The notes beneath the pieces are model-generated. The model made no database searches, had not been told where the DNA came from, and was given only the letters and a program-made list of their open reading frames with translations. DNA of 41,942 nucleotides from Terriglobia bacterium (GTDB taxonomy: Bacteria; Acidobacteriota; Terriglobia; JAIQFV01), in contig JBAVHJ010000508.1 of the NCBI GenBank assembly GCA_049685715.1, positions 1 to 41,942 of the forward strand. Reading direction: 5' to 3'. The translations under genes were made by a program, and so were the position numbers. Below, piece after piece: positions 27,554 through 37,805 of this stretch (within the stretch, counting starts at the first letter, position 1; each line of letters starts with the position of its first letter).

Positions 27554-30082
27554 ATGCCCACACGCGATTTCAAGAGCGTCAATCAAAACACCCGCCGCGT
27601 TGACAGCGTCAAGCTGGCATCGGGGAAGGGAACGTTTGTGGACGACATCAAATTGGATGCCGTCCTGTATGCAAAGATCCTGCATTCACCGCACGCCCAC
27701 GCCCGCATCAAGAAGATCGACGTGCAGAGGGCGGAACAGCTCCACGGCGTCCATTGTGTTCTTACGTACCGGAATGTGCCCCGGGTTCCTTATACCACCG
27801 CCGGACAGGGGTGGCCTGAGCCGTCCCCCTACGACACCGTGATGTTTGATTCGGTGGTTCGGTTCGTGGGGGACCGGGTGGCTTGCGTGGCGGCGGATTC
27901 CGAGGAAATTGCTGAGCGGGCACTCGATCTGATTGAGGTTGATTATGAGGTCTTACCGGCCAACTTTGATCCACGAAAGGCGATGGATCCCGGCACCCCT
28001 CGACTTCACCTGGAGCCGGACAAACGGGGAATTCATTCTGCCCCGCGAAACATTGCAGCCCATGTCCAGGCCGACGTGGGCGATGTCGAGAAGGGTTTCG
28101 CTGAGGCCGAATGCATTCATGAGGGAGAGTATTCTGTCCATTATGTGCAACAGGCATCCATCGAGCCTCATATCACGATCACTTGGCTGGATGAAGATGG
28201 ACGCCTGATGGTCCGGACGTCCACCCAGGTCCCGTTTCATGTCCGCCGCATTATCGCGCCGTTGATCGGTCTGCCGATACAGAGGATCCGGGTCATCAAG
28301 CCGCGGATCGGCGGGGGTTTTGGCGGAAAGCAGGAAATTCTCATTGAGGACCTGTGCGCCATGGTGACGGTGCGTACCGGGAGACCCTGCCGGCTGGAGT
28401 ACACGAGGGCAGAGGAACTCTATGCCGCACGCACGCGCCATCCGCAGATTGTACGAATGAAGACCGGGGTGAAGAAGGATGGAACGCTGACCGCCATCTC
28501 GATGCGCATCCTCGAAAACACAGGGGCGTACGGCACCCACGCGCTCACGGTGCAATGCGTCAGTGGAAGCCGCGCGTTGTCACTGTACCGCTTTCCCAAT
28601 ATTCACTTTGAGGCCGATGCGGTTTACACGAACCTCCCGGTGGCGGGGGCCTTCCGGGGTTATGGGAGTCCGCAAGGTTTCTTTGCCCTGGATTCGCACA
28701 TGGACGAGTTGGCCGAAAAGCTGGGAATTGATCCCCTGGAATTCAGGAGAAAGAACCATGTGCGCGAGGGAGAGCCGACACCCATCGCCGAGGTGCTGGG
28801 GGAGGGGCGCGAGGGATATAAGCAAATCATCCAAAGCTGTGGCCTCGATGAGTGCATTGAGCTCGGAGCGAAGGAGATCGGGTGGAAGACCCAGCGAAAT
28901 CCGGATCCCCGGGCACGAATCCCCGGACCCACGGTCTTTGATGCGTCGAACTCCGGGATCTCAGGTTTAAAATCTGAAATTTCAAATACGGAATCGAATT
29001 TGAAATCGAATATGCCGCATTTGAAATCTGAAATCTCAAATCTGAAATCCGGAATTCCGGGACCTGTTGTCCGCGGTGTCGGCATGTCGTGTACCATGCA
29101 GGCCTCTGGAATACCCGGTGTTGACATGGGAGCGGCGTGGATCAAGATGAACGAGGACGGCTCCTTCAACCTGAAGGTCGGAGCCACGGATATTGGCACG
29201 GGGGCGGACACCATGTTCGCCCAGGTGGCGGCTGAAACCCTGGGGACCTCACCGGAAAAAATCATTGTCTACTCCTCGGACACCGATATGACGCCGTTTG
29301 ATCCCGGGGCGTACGCTTCGTCAACCACCTACATTTCGGGTGCCGCCGTCAAAAAGGCCTGTGATCAGGTGCGGGAGCAGATCCTTGAAGTGGCCGCGGA
29401 AATGTTAAACCCCAAGAAGGGAATAGCGACTCACCCGCCATCGGAGAGATCTTTGGCCGGGGCAGTGCGGACGGAAAAGAAGGATCTGTTGGTGCACGAT
29501 GGCAAGGTATGCGTGCCCGATGGACGCTTCGTGACCTTCGAACAAATCTGTTTGCGCTCGCTCTACCAGGAAAATCAGTTCCAAATTCAGGGGCATGCGT
29601 CGCACATGTCCTATGATTCTCCGCCGCCCTTCTGTGCCCAGTTTGCAGAAGTGGAGGTCGATGTGGAGACAGGGATCGTGAAGGTCAGACGATTGGTCAC
29701 GGCCGTGGACTGTGGTGTGGCGATTAATCCGAAAATGGCAGAAGGTCAGATTGAAGGCGCAGTGACCCAGGCTCTGGGATATGCGTTGACGGAGCAGATG
29801 GTGTTTGATGAGAAAGGACGACCGTTGAATCTCAGCTTCAGGGACTACAACATCTATACGGCCGTGGACATGCCTGAACTAAGATCCTTCCTCGTCGAGA
29901 CCTACGAACCCACGGGCCCTTACGGGGCGAAAGCGATTGCGGAAATTCCCATTAATGGCGTGGCTCCCGCTATCGCCAATGCGGTCTACAATGCCATCGG
30001 CGTTCGGATTCGCGATCTCCCGATCACGCCGGAGAAGGTGCTGAAGGGCCTGACATCTCTACAGTCCGGCGCTTTGGGGTGA
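27554..30082 (+). CDS. Molybdopterin-binding large subunit (xanthine dehydrogenase / aldehyde oxidoreductase family)
   Basis: RRVDSVKLASGKGTFVDDI, ASIEPH, GGGFGGK, AFRGYG and the C-terminal GAKAIAEIPINGVAPAIANAV are typical of the family. The start is set at ATG 27554. The ORF-track start at 27395 overlaps the small subunit. Confidence 0.9.
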   Translation: MPTRDFKSVNQNTRRVDSVKLASGKGTFVDDIKLDAVLYAKILHSPHAHARIKKIDVQRAEQLHGVHCVLTYRNVPRVPYTTAGQGWPEPSPYDTVMFDSVVRFVGDRVACVAADSEEIAERALDLIEVDYEVLPANFDPRKAMDPGTPRLHLEPDKRGIHSAPRNIAAHVQADVGDVEKGFAEAECIHEGEYSVHYVQQASIEPHITITWLDEDGRLMVRTSTQVPFHVRRIIAPLIGLPIQRIRVIKPRIGGGFGGKQEILIEDLCAMVTVRTGRPCRLEYTRAEELYAARTRHPQIVRMKTGVKKDGTLTAISMRILENTGAYGTHALTVQCVSGSRALSLYRFPNIHFEADAVYTNLPVAGAFRGYGSPQGFFALDSHMDELAEKLGIDPLEFRRKNHVREGEPTPIAEVLGEGREGYKQIIQSCGLDECIELGAKEIGWKTQRNPDPRARIPGPTVFDASNSGISGLKSEISNTESNLKSNMPHLKSEISNLKSGIPGPVVRGVGMSCTMQASGIPGVDMGAAWIKMNEDGSFNLKVGATDIGTGADTMFAQVAAETLGTSPEKIIVYSSDTDMTPFDPGAYASSTTYISGAAVKKACDQVREQILEVAAEMLNPKKGIATHPPSERSLAGAVRTEKKDLLVHDGKVCVPDGRFVTFEQICLRSLYQENQFQIQGHASHMSYDSPPPFCAQFAEVEVDVETGIVKVRRLVTAVDCGVAINPKMAEGQIEGAVTQALGYALTEQMVFDEKGRPLNLSFRDYNIYTAVDMPELRSFLVETYEPTGPYGAKAIAEIPINGVAPAIANAVYNAIGVRIRDLPITPEKVLKGLTSLQSGALG
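28967..29050 (+). repeat. AT-rich internally repetitive segment embedded in frame in the large-subunit gene
   Basis: ttaaaatctgaaatttcaaat (28967-28987) and ttgaaatctgaaatctcaaat (29021-29041) match at 19 of 21 positions. Further TGAAATC units are present. The segment encodes LKSEISN...LKSEISNLKS. Confidence 0.7.
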
Positions 30083-30108
30083 GGATTTCATTCGCAGGAG
30101 GTACCCAA

Positions 30109-32322
30109 TCACTTCATTCGCTTCGCCCCCACCGGTATCCCTCCCACATTAAGGTAATTCACATACTTCGGATTCAATACCCCGCGCAGAACGGAATTCA
30201 TGGTCAGGTAATTCTGCATGTCGATCACTGCCTCCTCCACGTTTTCAAAGAGCCGATGAGACAGGGGGCGGCGTGTGGAATACTCGAATTCGACGTCAGC
30301 ATACTCCGTGCGAAACCGCGCCCTGTCGCCGAGGGGTTCGACTTCGAGAAAGAACTCGTTGCCGTAAAGGCGCGCCCGCACCCGTTTGACATGCTGTCCC
30401 GCTTCCACTAAGAAGCCGTCGTGAGAGGTCCATTTCTCGAAGGCCGCTGCAGACCCGAAGAGCCTCGGCTTTTCGACATAGGGGCCGCCGTCTTCGGGGC
30501 AAAAGACATCGCAATTGCCACACTCGTTGCAGAAATCCTGGAACGTGGCGAGTTGGTGCGCTCCCTTGACCTCAAAATGTCCACCGGGCACGGCCAGGAG
30601 CCCCCCTGTCGTCAACCGATAATTGAGGTAATCAAGGGAGCAGGATTCAGTCTCGTAGACGAAGTTTGCATCGTTGGGACAGACGGGAACACATTTGTCG
30701 CAGTTGATACAGTCAAACAGGTAAAGGTGGGAACCGATCTTGCGGGGGGTGGAACGATTGTTCTTGGCGTAGTACCGCTCATCGCGGGTCGTTCGATCGA
30801 CAATGCTTTCCGTGTTCAGGAGGCCGGCCTCAGCGATGAGCTCAGCATAGAATCGGGGTAGGTCTTCCTTCACCCGGTCCGCACCGTACTGTGATCCCAG
30901 CGATTGCACGTGCTTTCCAATGAGATCTCGGGTGGGGGCACGTCGCTCCAGACTTTCCCGGAGGGTGATAGCGAAAGGAGGAATCACCTCTTGAGTGAGT
31001 ATGGGTCGAGAGTCGGGCCGGCCCGCGATGACCCTTCCGTCCGGGGCGGTCAAGCGGTCCAACGCCCTCAACCCATTCCCTTCGTAATACAGAATGAACT
31101 CCCCCAGATCGCTGACGCCCATTTCTTTCATTTTGGCTTCAAGTTTGTACAGGTAATTCGGTAATCGCCCGTAGCCACCCGGACGGAGCAAGTCAGTGCA
31201 CGTTGTAACCGGGGTAAAATTCATGGCCACGGTATTGCAGAAGTTCTGTGCGTCCACTCCCGCCGAGAATGAAATGGGGTAAGCATTGCCCACCGCATGG
31301 CGCCACTTCTTGACGAGGTTCAACGTGATCACATGCAGCGGCTGGCCCGAGAGATACATCACTCGTTCGCTGGAAGGGAGAAAGTTGTTGTTGTTGAGGA
31401 CGACGAGGGTGTTGGAAAACTTGACGCCAAGTTTGCGCCCGAGGGATCGGGCGGTCTGGTCCAGCCGCGAGCAGATCTCGATGGCCTGATCGAATTGCAG
31501 GTCTTTATCGAAGAACTCCTGTTCGGTTTGAATCTCGTGGTACCCCATGACGTCGTGCAGCAGGTGGTCAACCGCCGCTTTACCGAGCAACGTGGGGTTC
31601 AACTTGATAATCACGTGGAGCCCCATTTCACGGAGCAAAAAATCAACGATACTTTCAATCTCATGGGCGGGGCAGCCATGAAAGGTTGACAAGGTCAGGG
31701 TGTCGCTGAGCCGGGTATTAAAATTAAGGTCGCGCAGCCGCTTGAATTCTGCGGGGATTTGACGTCGCAACTCTTTCACGACGGGCGACGCATCCTTCAT
31801 CGATTCGATCCAGTTGCGGACGCGAGGTGTGGAAATGCCTGCGAGGTCGTAACCGACGGACATGTCAAAAATCGTTTGAGTTTTTTCGGAGGACCCCTCC
31901 ACGTCGGCCATTCCGGACGATTTCAAAACGTCAATCAGCATCGACCCGGCGACGTATTCGTGCAGCGATTGTTCGAGCTTCAGCTCCTGGGACCATTCAA
32001 TATTGAATCCAATGTTATGGACGTCGATGCAGGGCCGGGGGATCTTGAGTTCGTCGTTAATCTGGACCGTTTTAAGCTCCAGGATGCGGGAGCCCGCGAG
32101 CCAGGCGAGCACGATGTTCTGGGCCATCTGGTCCTGAGGGCCGGCCGCGGGGCCTAACGGTGACGACGCGGGGTGTCCATGCATGCGGACTGAGGTGTCG
32201 AGCGATACATCCGCCTTGTAAAATTTTCGCTTGGACAGGTCGAATATCTTCCCTTCGCGTTCGTATTCGACGAACATGCGCTTGAGAAGATTTGCAAATG
32301 GAGCAGGATAAAGTTCAGCCAC
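30109..32322 (-). CDS. YgfK-N-terminal-like Fe-S protein (DHOD/DPD-like barrel plus two 4Fe-4S motifs), lacking a GltD-like module
   Basis: PFANLLKRMFVEYEREGKIFDL...GPAAGPQDQMAQNIVLAWLAGSRILELKTVQ resembles the N-terminus of E. coli YgfK as I recall it. Cys clusters CINCDKCVPVCP and CNECGNCDVFCP are present. I saw no GxGxxG Rossmann motif. Confidence 0.75.
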   Translation of the reverse strand: MAELYPAPFANLLKRMFVEYEREGKIFDLSKRKFYKADVSLDTSVRMHGHPASSPLGPAAGPQDQMAQNIVLAWLAGSRILELKTVQINDELKIPRPCIDVHNIGFNIEWSQELKLEQSLHEYVAGSMLIDVLKSSGMADVEGSSEKTQTIFDMSVGYDLAGISTPRVRNWIESMKDASPVVKELRRQIPAEFKRLRDLNFNTRLSDTLTLSTFHGCPAHEIESIVDFLLREMGLHVIIKLNPTLLGKAAVDHLLHDVMGYHEIQTEQEFFDKDLQFDQAIEICSRLDQTARSLGRKLGVKFSNTLVVLNNNNFLPSSERVMYLSGQPLHVITLNLVKKWRHAVGNAYPISFSAGVDAQNFCNTVAMNFTPVTTCTDLLRPGGYGRLPNYLYKLEAKMKEMGVSDLGEFILYYEGNGLRALDRLTAPDGRVIAGRPDSRPILTQEVIPPFAITLRESLERRAPTRDLIGKHVQSLGSQYGADRVKEDLPRFYAELIAEAGLLNTESIVDRTTRDERYYAKNNRSTPRKIGSHLYLFDCINCDKCVPVCPNDANFVYETESCSLDYLNYRLTTGGLLAVPGGHFEVKGAHQLATFQDFCNECGNCDVFCPEDGGPYVEKPRLFGSAAAFEKWTSHDGFLVEAGQHVKRVRARLYGNEFFLEVEPLGDRARFRTEYADVEFEYSTRRPLSHRLFENVEEAVIDMQNYLTMNSVLRGVLNPKYVNYLNVGGIPVGAKRMK

Positions 32323-32344
32323 GAGAACCCCGGAACCTGAGAAT

Positions 32345-33592
32345 CTAACTCGTCGTTATCCGTTTCTGGAGTGCTTCGAAAGTGGGTTCAATGGGCGAAG
32401 GAATCTCGACCGTGCGGAGCGCCGAGGGAATGTCCTTCAGTCCATTGCCGGTATTGACGACCACGACTGCATCGATGGATGAAAAAATCTTCTTCTCAAC
32501 CGCCTGGAGAAATCCGGCATAGGCGCAGGACCCGGCGGGCTCAGCGAAGACTCCGGTCTCCCGGGGAAGTCTCGCCAGGGCGGCCAGAATACTTTCATCT
32601 GAGACCTTCAGGGCACGCCCTTTGGATTCTTGAATCGCCATGACGGCGCGTCGCCCATCCCGGGGTTTCCCCACATTGATCGAGTCGGCGAGGGTGTGAG
32701 CTTCAACCGGCTGAATCCCGTCCATCGCTGCCGGGTTGAAGCCGGATTCAACCGCATCGACAATCGGAGAAGCCCCTTCGGACTGCACGCCGAGCATCCG
32801 GGGCAGCCGGTCAATAATCTTCATCGCATACCAATCCTTGAATCCCTTCCATAAACCACTCATGATGTTGCCGTCCCCCATACTGACCACGACCCAGTCG
32901 GGAGCGTTCCAGCCTAATTGTTCACAAATCTCGAAGGCGGCTGTCTTTTTCCCTTCTGCCGTGTACGGGTTGATCCCCGTCGAGCGATTGTACCAGCCAA
33001 ATCGCTGGGTGGCTTCACTACACAAATCGAAGGCCCGGTCGTAATCGCTCCGGACTCGGATGACCAGGGCTCCATATAAAAGGAGTTGGGCCACTTTGGC
33101 TTGCGGGGCAGCCTCGGGAACAAAGATAACGCTCTTGAGGCCGACGGACGAGCACATGGCCGCAAAGGCGGCCCCGGCATTTCCGGAAGAAGCTGTGGTG
33201 GCGATTTCGGCGCGGTATTCCAACGCTTTCGCGGCCACCAGGGCCGAAGGTCGGTCCTTGAACGAGGCCGTGGGATTTCGGCCGTCGTCCTTTACCGTTA
33301 GAGATCGGATCGAAAACTTATGAGCCAGGGCAGGGAGGTTGTAGAGGGGGGTCCATCCGACATGAAGTAAAGGTTTGCGCGTCTCCGGATGCAGCGGCAG
33401 CAATGGCAAATAACGCCACATGGAAAAGTTCCTGTTTTCGGCAAGATGCTCCCGCTTGAATTCCTTGCGCAGGGCAACGTAGTTGTAAATCACATCCACG
33501 TTCGACCCGCACTTCAGGCAGGTGTAGAGGATCTCCGAAACGTCAAATTCAGCCCCACAGGAAAGACACTTCAGTCCAAGAACATTCTTCAT
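32345..33592 (-). CDS. Threonine synthase-family PLP-dependent enzyme with an N-terminal zinc ribbon
   Basis: CLSCG...CLKCG zinc ribbon, PLP-lysine motif SFKDRPS and glycine loop SSGNAGAAFA. The start is set at ATG 33592 (MKNVLGLKC). It lies 22 nt upstream of the YgfK-like gene on the same strand. Confidence 0.8.
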   Translation of the reverse strand: MKNVLGLKCLSCGAEFDVSEILYTCLKCGSNVDVIYNYVALRKEFKREHLAENRNFSMWRYLPLLPLHPETRKPLLHVGWTPLYNLPALAHKFSIRSLTVKDDGRNPTASFKDRPSALVAAKALEYRAEIATTASSGNAGAAFAAMCSSVGLKSVIFVPEAAPQAKVAQLLLYGALVIRVRSDYDRAFDLCSEATQRFGWYNRSTGINPYTAEGKKTAAFEICEQLGWNAPDWVVVSMGDGNIMSGLWKGFKDWYAMKIIDRLPRMLGVQSEGASPIVDAVESGFNPAAMDGIQPVEAHTLADSINVGKPRDGRRAVMAIQESKGRALKVSDESILAALARLPRETGVFAEPAGSCAYAGFLQAVEKKIFSSIDAVVVVNTGNGLKDIPSALRTVEIPSPIEPTFEALQKRITTS

Positions 33593-33801
33593 AGGTAGAT
33601 TACAAGGGATTGCGTGTCCGCGTGGACTTATCAAAGAAAAAAAGGAGAGGTCCTGTCGGAAAGGTATCGGTGAGGGACTTGGCACTACATTTGCTGAAAT
33701 CGGGCTTCCGACCCTCGACTACAAGATTCTGCCTTTTGCTCTCTGAGTTCTGGCATGGGATGCAGGGACTCGCGTCTCTCTCTCATCGCTCCTGCCGGAT
33801 T

Positions 33802-34722
33802 CTAACCCAGCACCATCGAGAGCAGGGCCATCCGGACGAATAATCCATTCTGGGCCTGGCGAAAGTAAGCGGCTCTCCGGTCGGTATCGACGTCGGTGGT
33901 AATTTCTCCAACACGGGGCAGCGGATGCATCACAACAGACCGTTGCTTCATCAAAGACAGGATCGTCTCATCGATGATGTAAACCCCTTTCGATTTTTCG
34001 TAGTCCTCAATGCGGTCGCCGAACCGTTCCTTTTGAATTCGCGTCTGATAGACGACATCCACTTCCGGCGCGACCTTGGCGAGATCAGATTCCTCCGCGT
34101 GCCAGACATGATGTTCCTCCAGGTGTTGGAGGATATCGTCCTTCATCTTCAGGGCTTCGGGGGCGACAAAATAAATTTTTATACGGTCAAATTTGCTGAG
34201 TAGATAAGTGAGGGACCGCACGGTACGGCCCTGCGCCAGGTCGCCTACCATGGCGATTTTCAATCCATCGATGCTCCCAAGCTCTTTCTGAATGGTATAC
34301 AGATCAAGCAGCGCCTGGGTGGGGTGCTGACCGATGCCGTCCCCCGCATTGATCACCGGGATCTGGGATACGGCCGCCGCTCGTTTTGCAGCCCCGACTT
34401 CATTGTGCCGCATGACAATGACATCGGCATAGCCATTGATCACACGAATTGAATCTTCCAGCGTCTCCCCTTTCGCAATGGACGAAAATTCACGCGCATT
34501 TTCGGTGGAGATACATCGTCCTCCCAGCCGGATCATCGCCGCCTCAAACGAGAACCGGGTACGGGTGGAAGGTTCGTAAAAAAGCGAGGCCATGATCTTC
34601 CCGCTGTAATCCTTGGTTCCGCCGCGCGTGACGACTTTCTCCATGTGCTGGGTCAATTCAAATAATTCCCGAAGCAACGGAAGGCTGAACTGCTGCGATT
34701 CGATGACATGGTGAATTTTCAT
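33802..34722 (-). CDS. pyrB: Aspartate carbamoyltransferase catalytic subunit
   Basis: STRTRFSFE, HPTQALLD, TRIQKERF and HPLPR motifs in a 306-aa protein. Confidence 0.9.
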   Translation of the reverse strand: MKIHHVIESQQFSLPLLRELFELTQHMEKVVTRGGTKDYSGKIMASLFYEPSTRTRFSFEAAMIRLGGRCISTENAREFSSIAKGETLEDSIRVINGYADVIVMRHNEVGAAKRAAAVSQIPVINAGDGIGQHPTQALLDLYTIQKELGSIDGLKIAMVGDLAQGRTVRSLTYLLSKFDRIKIYFVAPEALKMKDDILQHLEEHHVWHAEESDLAKVAPEVDVVYQTRIQKERFGDRIEDYEKSKGVYIIDETILSLMKQRSVVMHPLPRVGEITTDVDTDRRAAYFRQAQNGLFVRMALLSMVLG

Positions 34723-35102
34723 GTACGGAGGCCTCGTTATGGACGAATTCGAAGAAGGTTGTGGTTGGCTGCCGATACTGCCGTGATGATCCTAAGGGTG
34801 AAACGTTCCTTCCTTGACTGACTGAAGAGGGTGCTTGAGTCCGCCCTCTTCCTGATGAGTGGAAGCGGGTGGATGATCGGGAGGGCATCTTTTCGCCCAT
34901 GCAAAAGTTTAATGTAAGGTATCTTGAACAAAAATTATAGAAAAATCTTGTTGTTCCGGATGAAACCGGCCCTCGAAAGGACTCCTGGGTCACGAGGACA
35001 CGTTCCCCCGAAGATTTGTCCAAGGATAGTCTCTTCGGAGTTACAATAATTTCTAATGGGTGGCTCGTGGCTTTTTCGTCTTAAGTCCCTTCCTGGAGGT
35101 CA

Positions 35103-37691
35103 ATGATGAATCTATTCCGCTCAACACCCTCCCGCATTTTGATGGCTGCCTTGTTTTTCGCTCTGTTACCGACCCTCGGGACAAGGTTTGCGAAGGGGTC
35201 AAGTTCAGCACCGGCCAAGTCCCTTTTTGCAAATTCCAGGAACTTGCAAACCCTGACCGGCGAGACAATCGCCCGAGCGGTCGATCACTTTGGGAGTACC
35301 GGTTTGACGGCTGACAAGATCGCCATGACTTTGATCGATCTCAATGACCGCAACCACCCCGTATGGGCAAATCATCGGGGAGATGAGCCCATTTATCCCG
35401 CCAGTGTCGTCAAGCTGTTCTATCTGGTTGCTGCCCATCATCAAATGGAGTCGGGGGCCCTTAAGGAATCTCCGGAGATGGATCGCGCGCTTCACGACAT
35501 GATCGTGGATTCATCCAACGACGCCACGCATTATGTGGTTGATATACTCACTGGAACAACCGATGGGCCGGAGCTCGATGCTGTGGCGCTTCGTGACTTC
35601 ATGGAGAAACGGAATTTCGTAAATACCTATTTCACCCACCTCGGATACAGCCAGATCAACGTGAACCAGAAAACCTGGTGTGAAGGCCCCTATGGACGTG
35701 AAAAACAGGGTCTGGGCCCCAACCTTGAGAACCGGAACAAGCTCACGACCAATGCAGTCGCTCGACTCATCTTTGAGATCGTTACTGGGCGCGCGGTGTC
35801 CCCCGCTCGGAGCGGGGCCATGCTGAGCCTGATGCACCGCGATCCTTTCCTGAAGTCCGCGGACCCTGATGGTCAGGCGACGGCTTTTTTGGGGAAGTCC
35901 CTCCCCATCGGTTCCCAGTACTATTCGAAGGCCGGCTGGACCTCGCAGACGAGGCATGATGCCGCATACATTCGACTGCCCAACGGCACAGAGTATATCC
36001 TCGTTGTCTTTACGGTCGATAACAGCGGGCAGACTGATATAATCCCTTTCGTGTCCAAACAGGTCGCTGAAGGCATATCCCGAACTCCCCCCACAGCCGA
36101 CTTAATCCTGTTCAACGGCCGCCTGTGGACGGGGAACCCGTCGCAGCCATGGGCCGAGGCCCTGGCCTCGCGCGGAGAGCGCATCATCGCAGTGGGTTCG
36201 AATGAAGACATCAAGAAGCTGGCGGGTCCCAAGTCTCAGGTGATCGACCTTCAAGGTCGACTGTCCCTGCCGGGGTTCATTGACGATCACACGCATTTCA
36301 TGAGCGGGGGATTTCAGCTGCTCTCAGTTGATTTGCGGGATGCACGCACTCCCCAGGAGTTCGCGCGAAGGATTCGGGAAAAGGCGGAAAAGCTGGGCGC
36401 GGGTCGATGGATTACGGGAGGCGACTGGGACCACGAACTCTGGCCGGGCGCACCGCTTCCCACAAAGGGACTGATCGATCCCTTCACGGCGAACCACCCG
36501 GTCTTTGTGGGCCGGCTCGATGCCCACATGGCGTTGGCGAACAGCGTCGCCCTCCACATGGCAAAGATAACAAAGGAAACCCAGGATCCGCCGGGGGGAG
36601 CGATCGTCCGCGATCCGAAATCGGGCGAGCCGACCGGAATCCTGAAAGATGCCGCCATGGGGCTGGTTTGGCCTTTGATCCCGGAGCCGACAATCGCTGA
36701 AAAAGAAGAGGCCTTCGCGGCCGCGCAAGCTGAGGCGGCACGCGACGGAGTCACATCCATCCAGGATATCACCCCCTGGAGCGATTTCGAACTGTATGAA
36801 CGTTCTCACAACGCCGGCCGGCTCACGGTCCGTATCTCTGCCCGAACTCCCCTGAATCAGTGGAAGCAGCAAGCCGATCTTGTGGCACGACAGGGAAGCG
36901 GTGATGCATGGCTGAGGTTGGGTGGATTAAAGGCCTTCATGGATGGCTCACTCGGTTCGACTACCGCCCTCTTCTTCGATCCTTATCTGGACGCACCCAC
37001 CACGTCGGGGCTGATGGCTGACGACAACATTCCCGAAGGAAGGTTGAAGCAGAATATCCGGGACGCCGACAAGGCCGGACTCCAGTGTTCGGTTCATGCG
37101 ATAGGAGACGAGGCCAATCATCTACTCCTCAATTATTTTGAAGAGGTTGAAAAGGAGAATGGTCCCCGGGATCGCCGATTCCGGATTGAGCATGCCCAGC
37201 ACCTTCTGCTCAGCGACGTCCCGCGTTTCGCCCGGCTGGGTGTCATCCCCTCTATGCAGCCGTATCATGCCATCGACGACGGACGCTGGGCTGAAAGGCG
37301 CCTCGGCCCGGCTCGCCTCAAAACCTCGTACGCATTCCGGGCACTGCTTGACGCCGGGGCTACCCTGGCCTTTGGATCCGATTGGAACGTTGCCCCTCTC
37401 TCGCCGCTGATAGGAATTTATGCGGCCGTTACCCGGGAAACTCTCGATGGGAAGAACCCTCAAGGCTGGATTCCACAGCAGAAGGTCACTGTCGAAGAGG
37501 CGGTGCGCGCCTATACCACCGCAGCGGCGTACGCTGGATTTGAGGAGCGCGAGAAGGGGTCACTTGAAGCCGGGAAGCTCGCGGACGTGGTGGTGTTGTC
37601 GCAAGACATATTCCGGATCCCCCCTCACGACATCTCGAAGACTGAGGTGGTAAACACGATCGTTGGGGGTAAGGTCGTTCATACCCGGTAA
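35103..37691 (+). CDS. Secreted fusion protein: class A beta-lactamase-fold serine hydrolase domain plus amidohydrolase-3 domain
   Basis: Signal-like N-terminus. The N-terminal domain has SVVK (Ser-x-x-Lys), SSND and KAG motifs. From about residue 335 the motifs [26 protein letters not shown] and GSDW are typical of the Amidohydro_3 family. Confidence 0.85.
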   Translation: MMNLFRSTPSRILMAALFFALLPTLGTRFAKGSSSAPAKSLFANSRNLQTLTGETIARAVDHFGSTGLTADKIAMTLIDLNDRNHPVWANHRGDEPIYPASVVKLFYLVAAHHQMESGALKESPEMDRALHDMIVDSSNDATHYVVDILTGTTDGPELDAVALRDFMEKRNFVNTYFTHLGYSQINVNQKTWCEGPYGREKQGLGPNLENRNKLTTNAVARLIFEIVTGRAVSPARSGAMLSLMHRDPFLKSADPDGQATAFLGKSLPIGSQYYSKAGWTSQTRHDAAYIRLPNGTEYILVVFTVDNSGQTDIIPFVSKQVAEGISRTPPTADLILFNGRLWTGNPSQPWAEALASRGERIIAVGSNEDIKKLAGPKSQVIDLQGRLSLPGFIDDHTHFMSGGFQLLSVDLRDARTPQEFARRIREKAEKLGAGRWITGGDWDHELWPGAPLPTKGLIDPFTANHPVFVGRLDAHMALANSVALHMAKITKETQDPPGGAIVRDPKSGEPTGILKDAAMGLVWPLIPEPTIAEKEEAFAAAQAEAARDGVTSIQDITPWSDFELYERSHNAGRLTVRISARTPLNQWKQQADLVARQGSGDAWLRLGGLKAFMDGSLGSTTALFFDPYLDAPTTSGLMADDNIPEGRLKQNIRDADKAGLQCSVHAIGDEANHLLLNYFEEVEKENGPRDRRFRIEHAQHLLLSDVPRFARLGVIPSMQPYHAIDDGRWAERRLGPARLKTSYAFRALLDAGATLAFGSDWNVAPLSPLIGIYAAVTRETLDGKNPQGWIPQQKVTVEEAVRAYTTAAAYAGFEEREKGSLEAGKLADVVVLSQDIFRIPPHDISKTEVVNTIVGGKVVHTR

Positions 37692-37805
37692 AGCGATTCT
37701 GTTTTCCGGCGCGAGGGGCGGGAAACCATCGATTCGCGACTGCATTGATCTTGCATTTTTGTCTTGGACTAGTGGATGTGACTTGAGGTAACGAAGGGAC
37801 TTTCA

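Noticed and set aside
34824-34851. 10-bp hairpin (gaagagggtg…cgccctcttc) in the pyrB upstream region as a possible PyrR-type attenuator
   Set aside because: No U-tract follows it on either strand, and no PyrR-box-like sequence was recognised. It remains an unexplained stem-loop.
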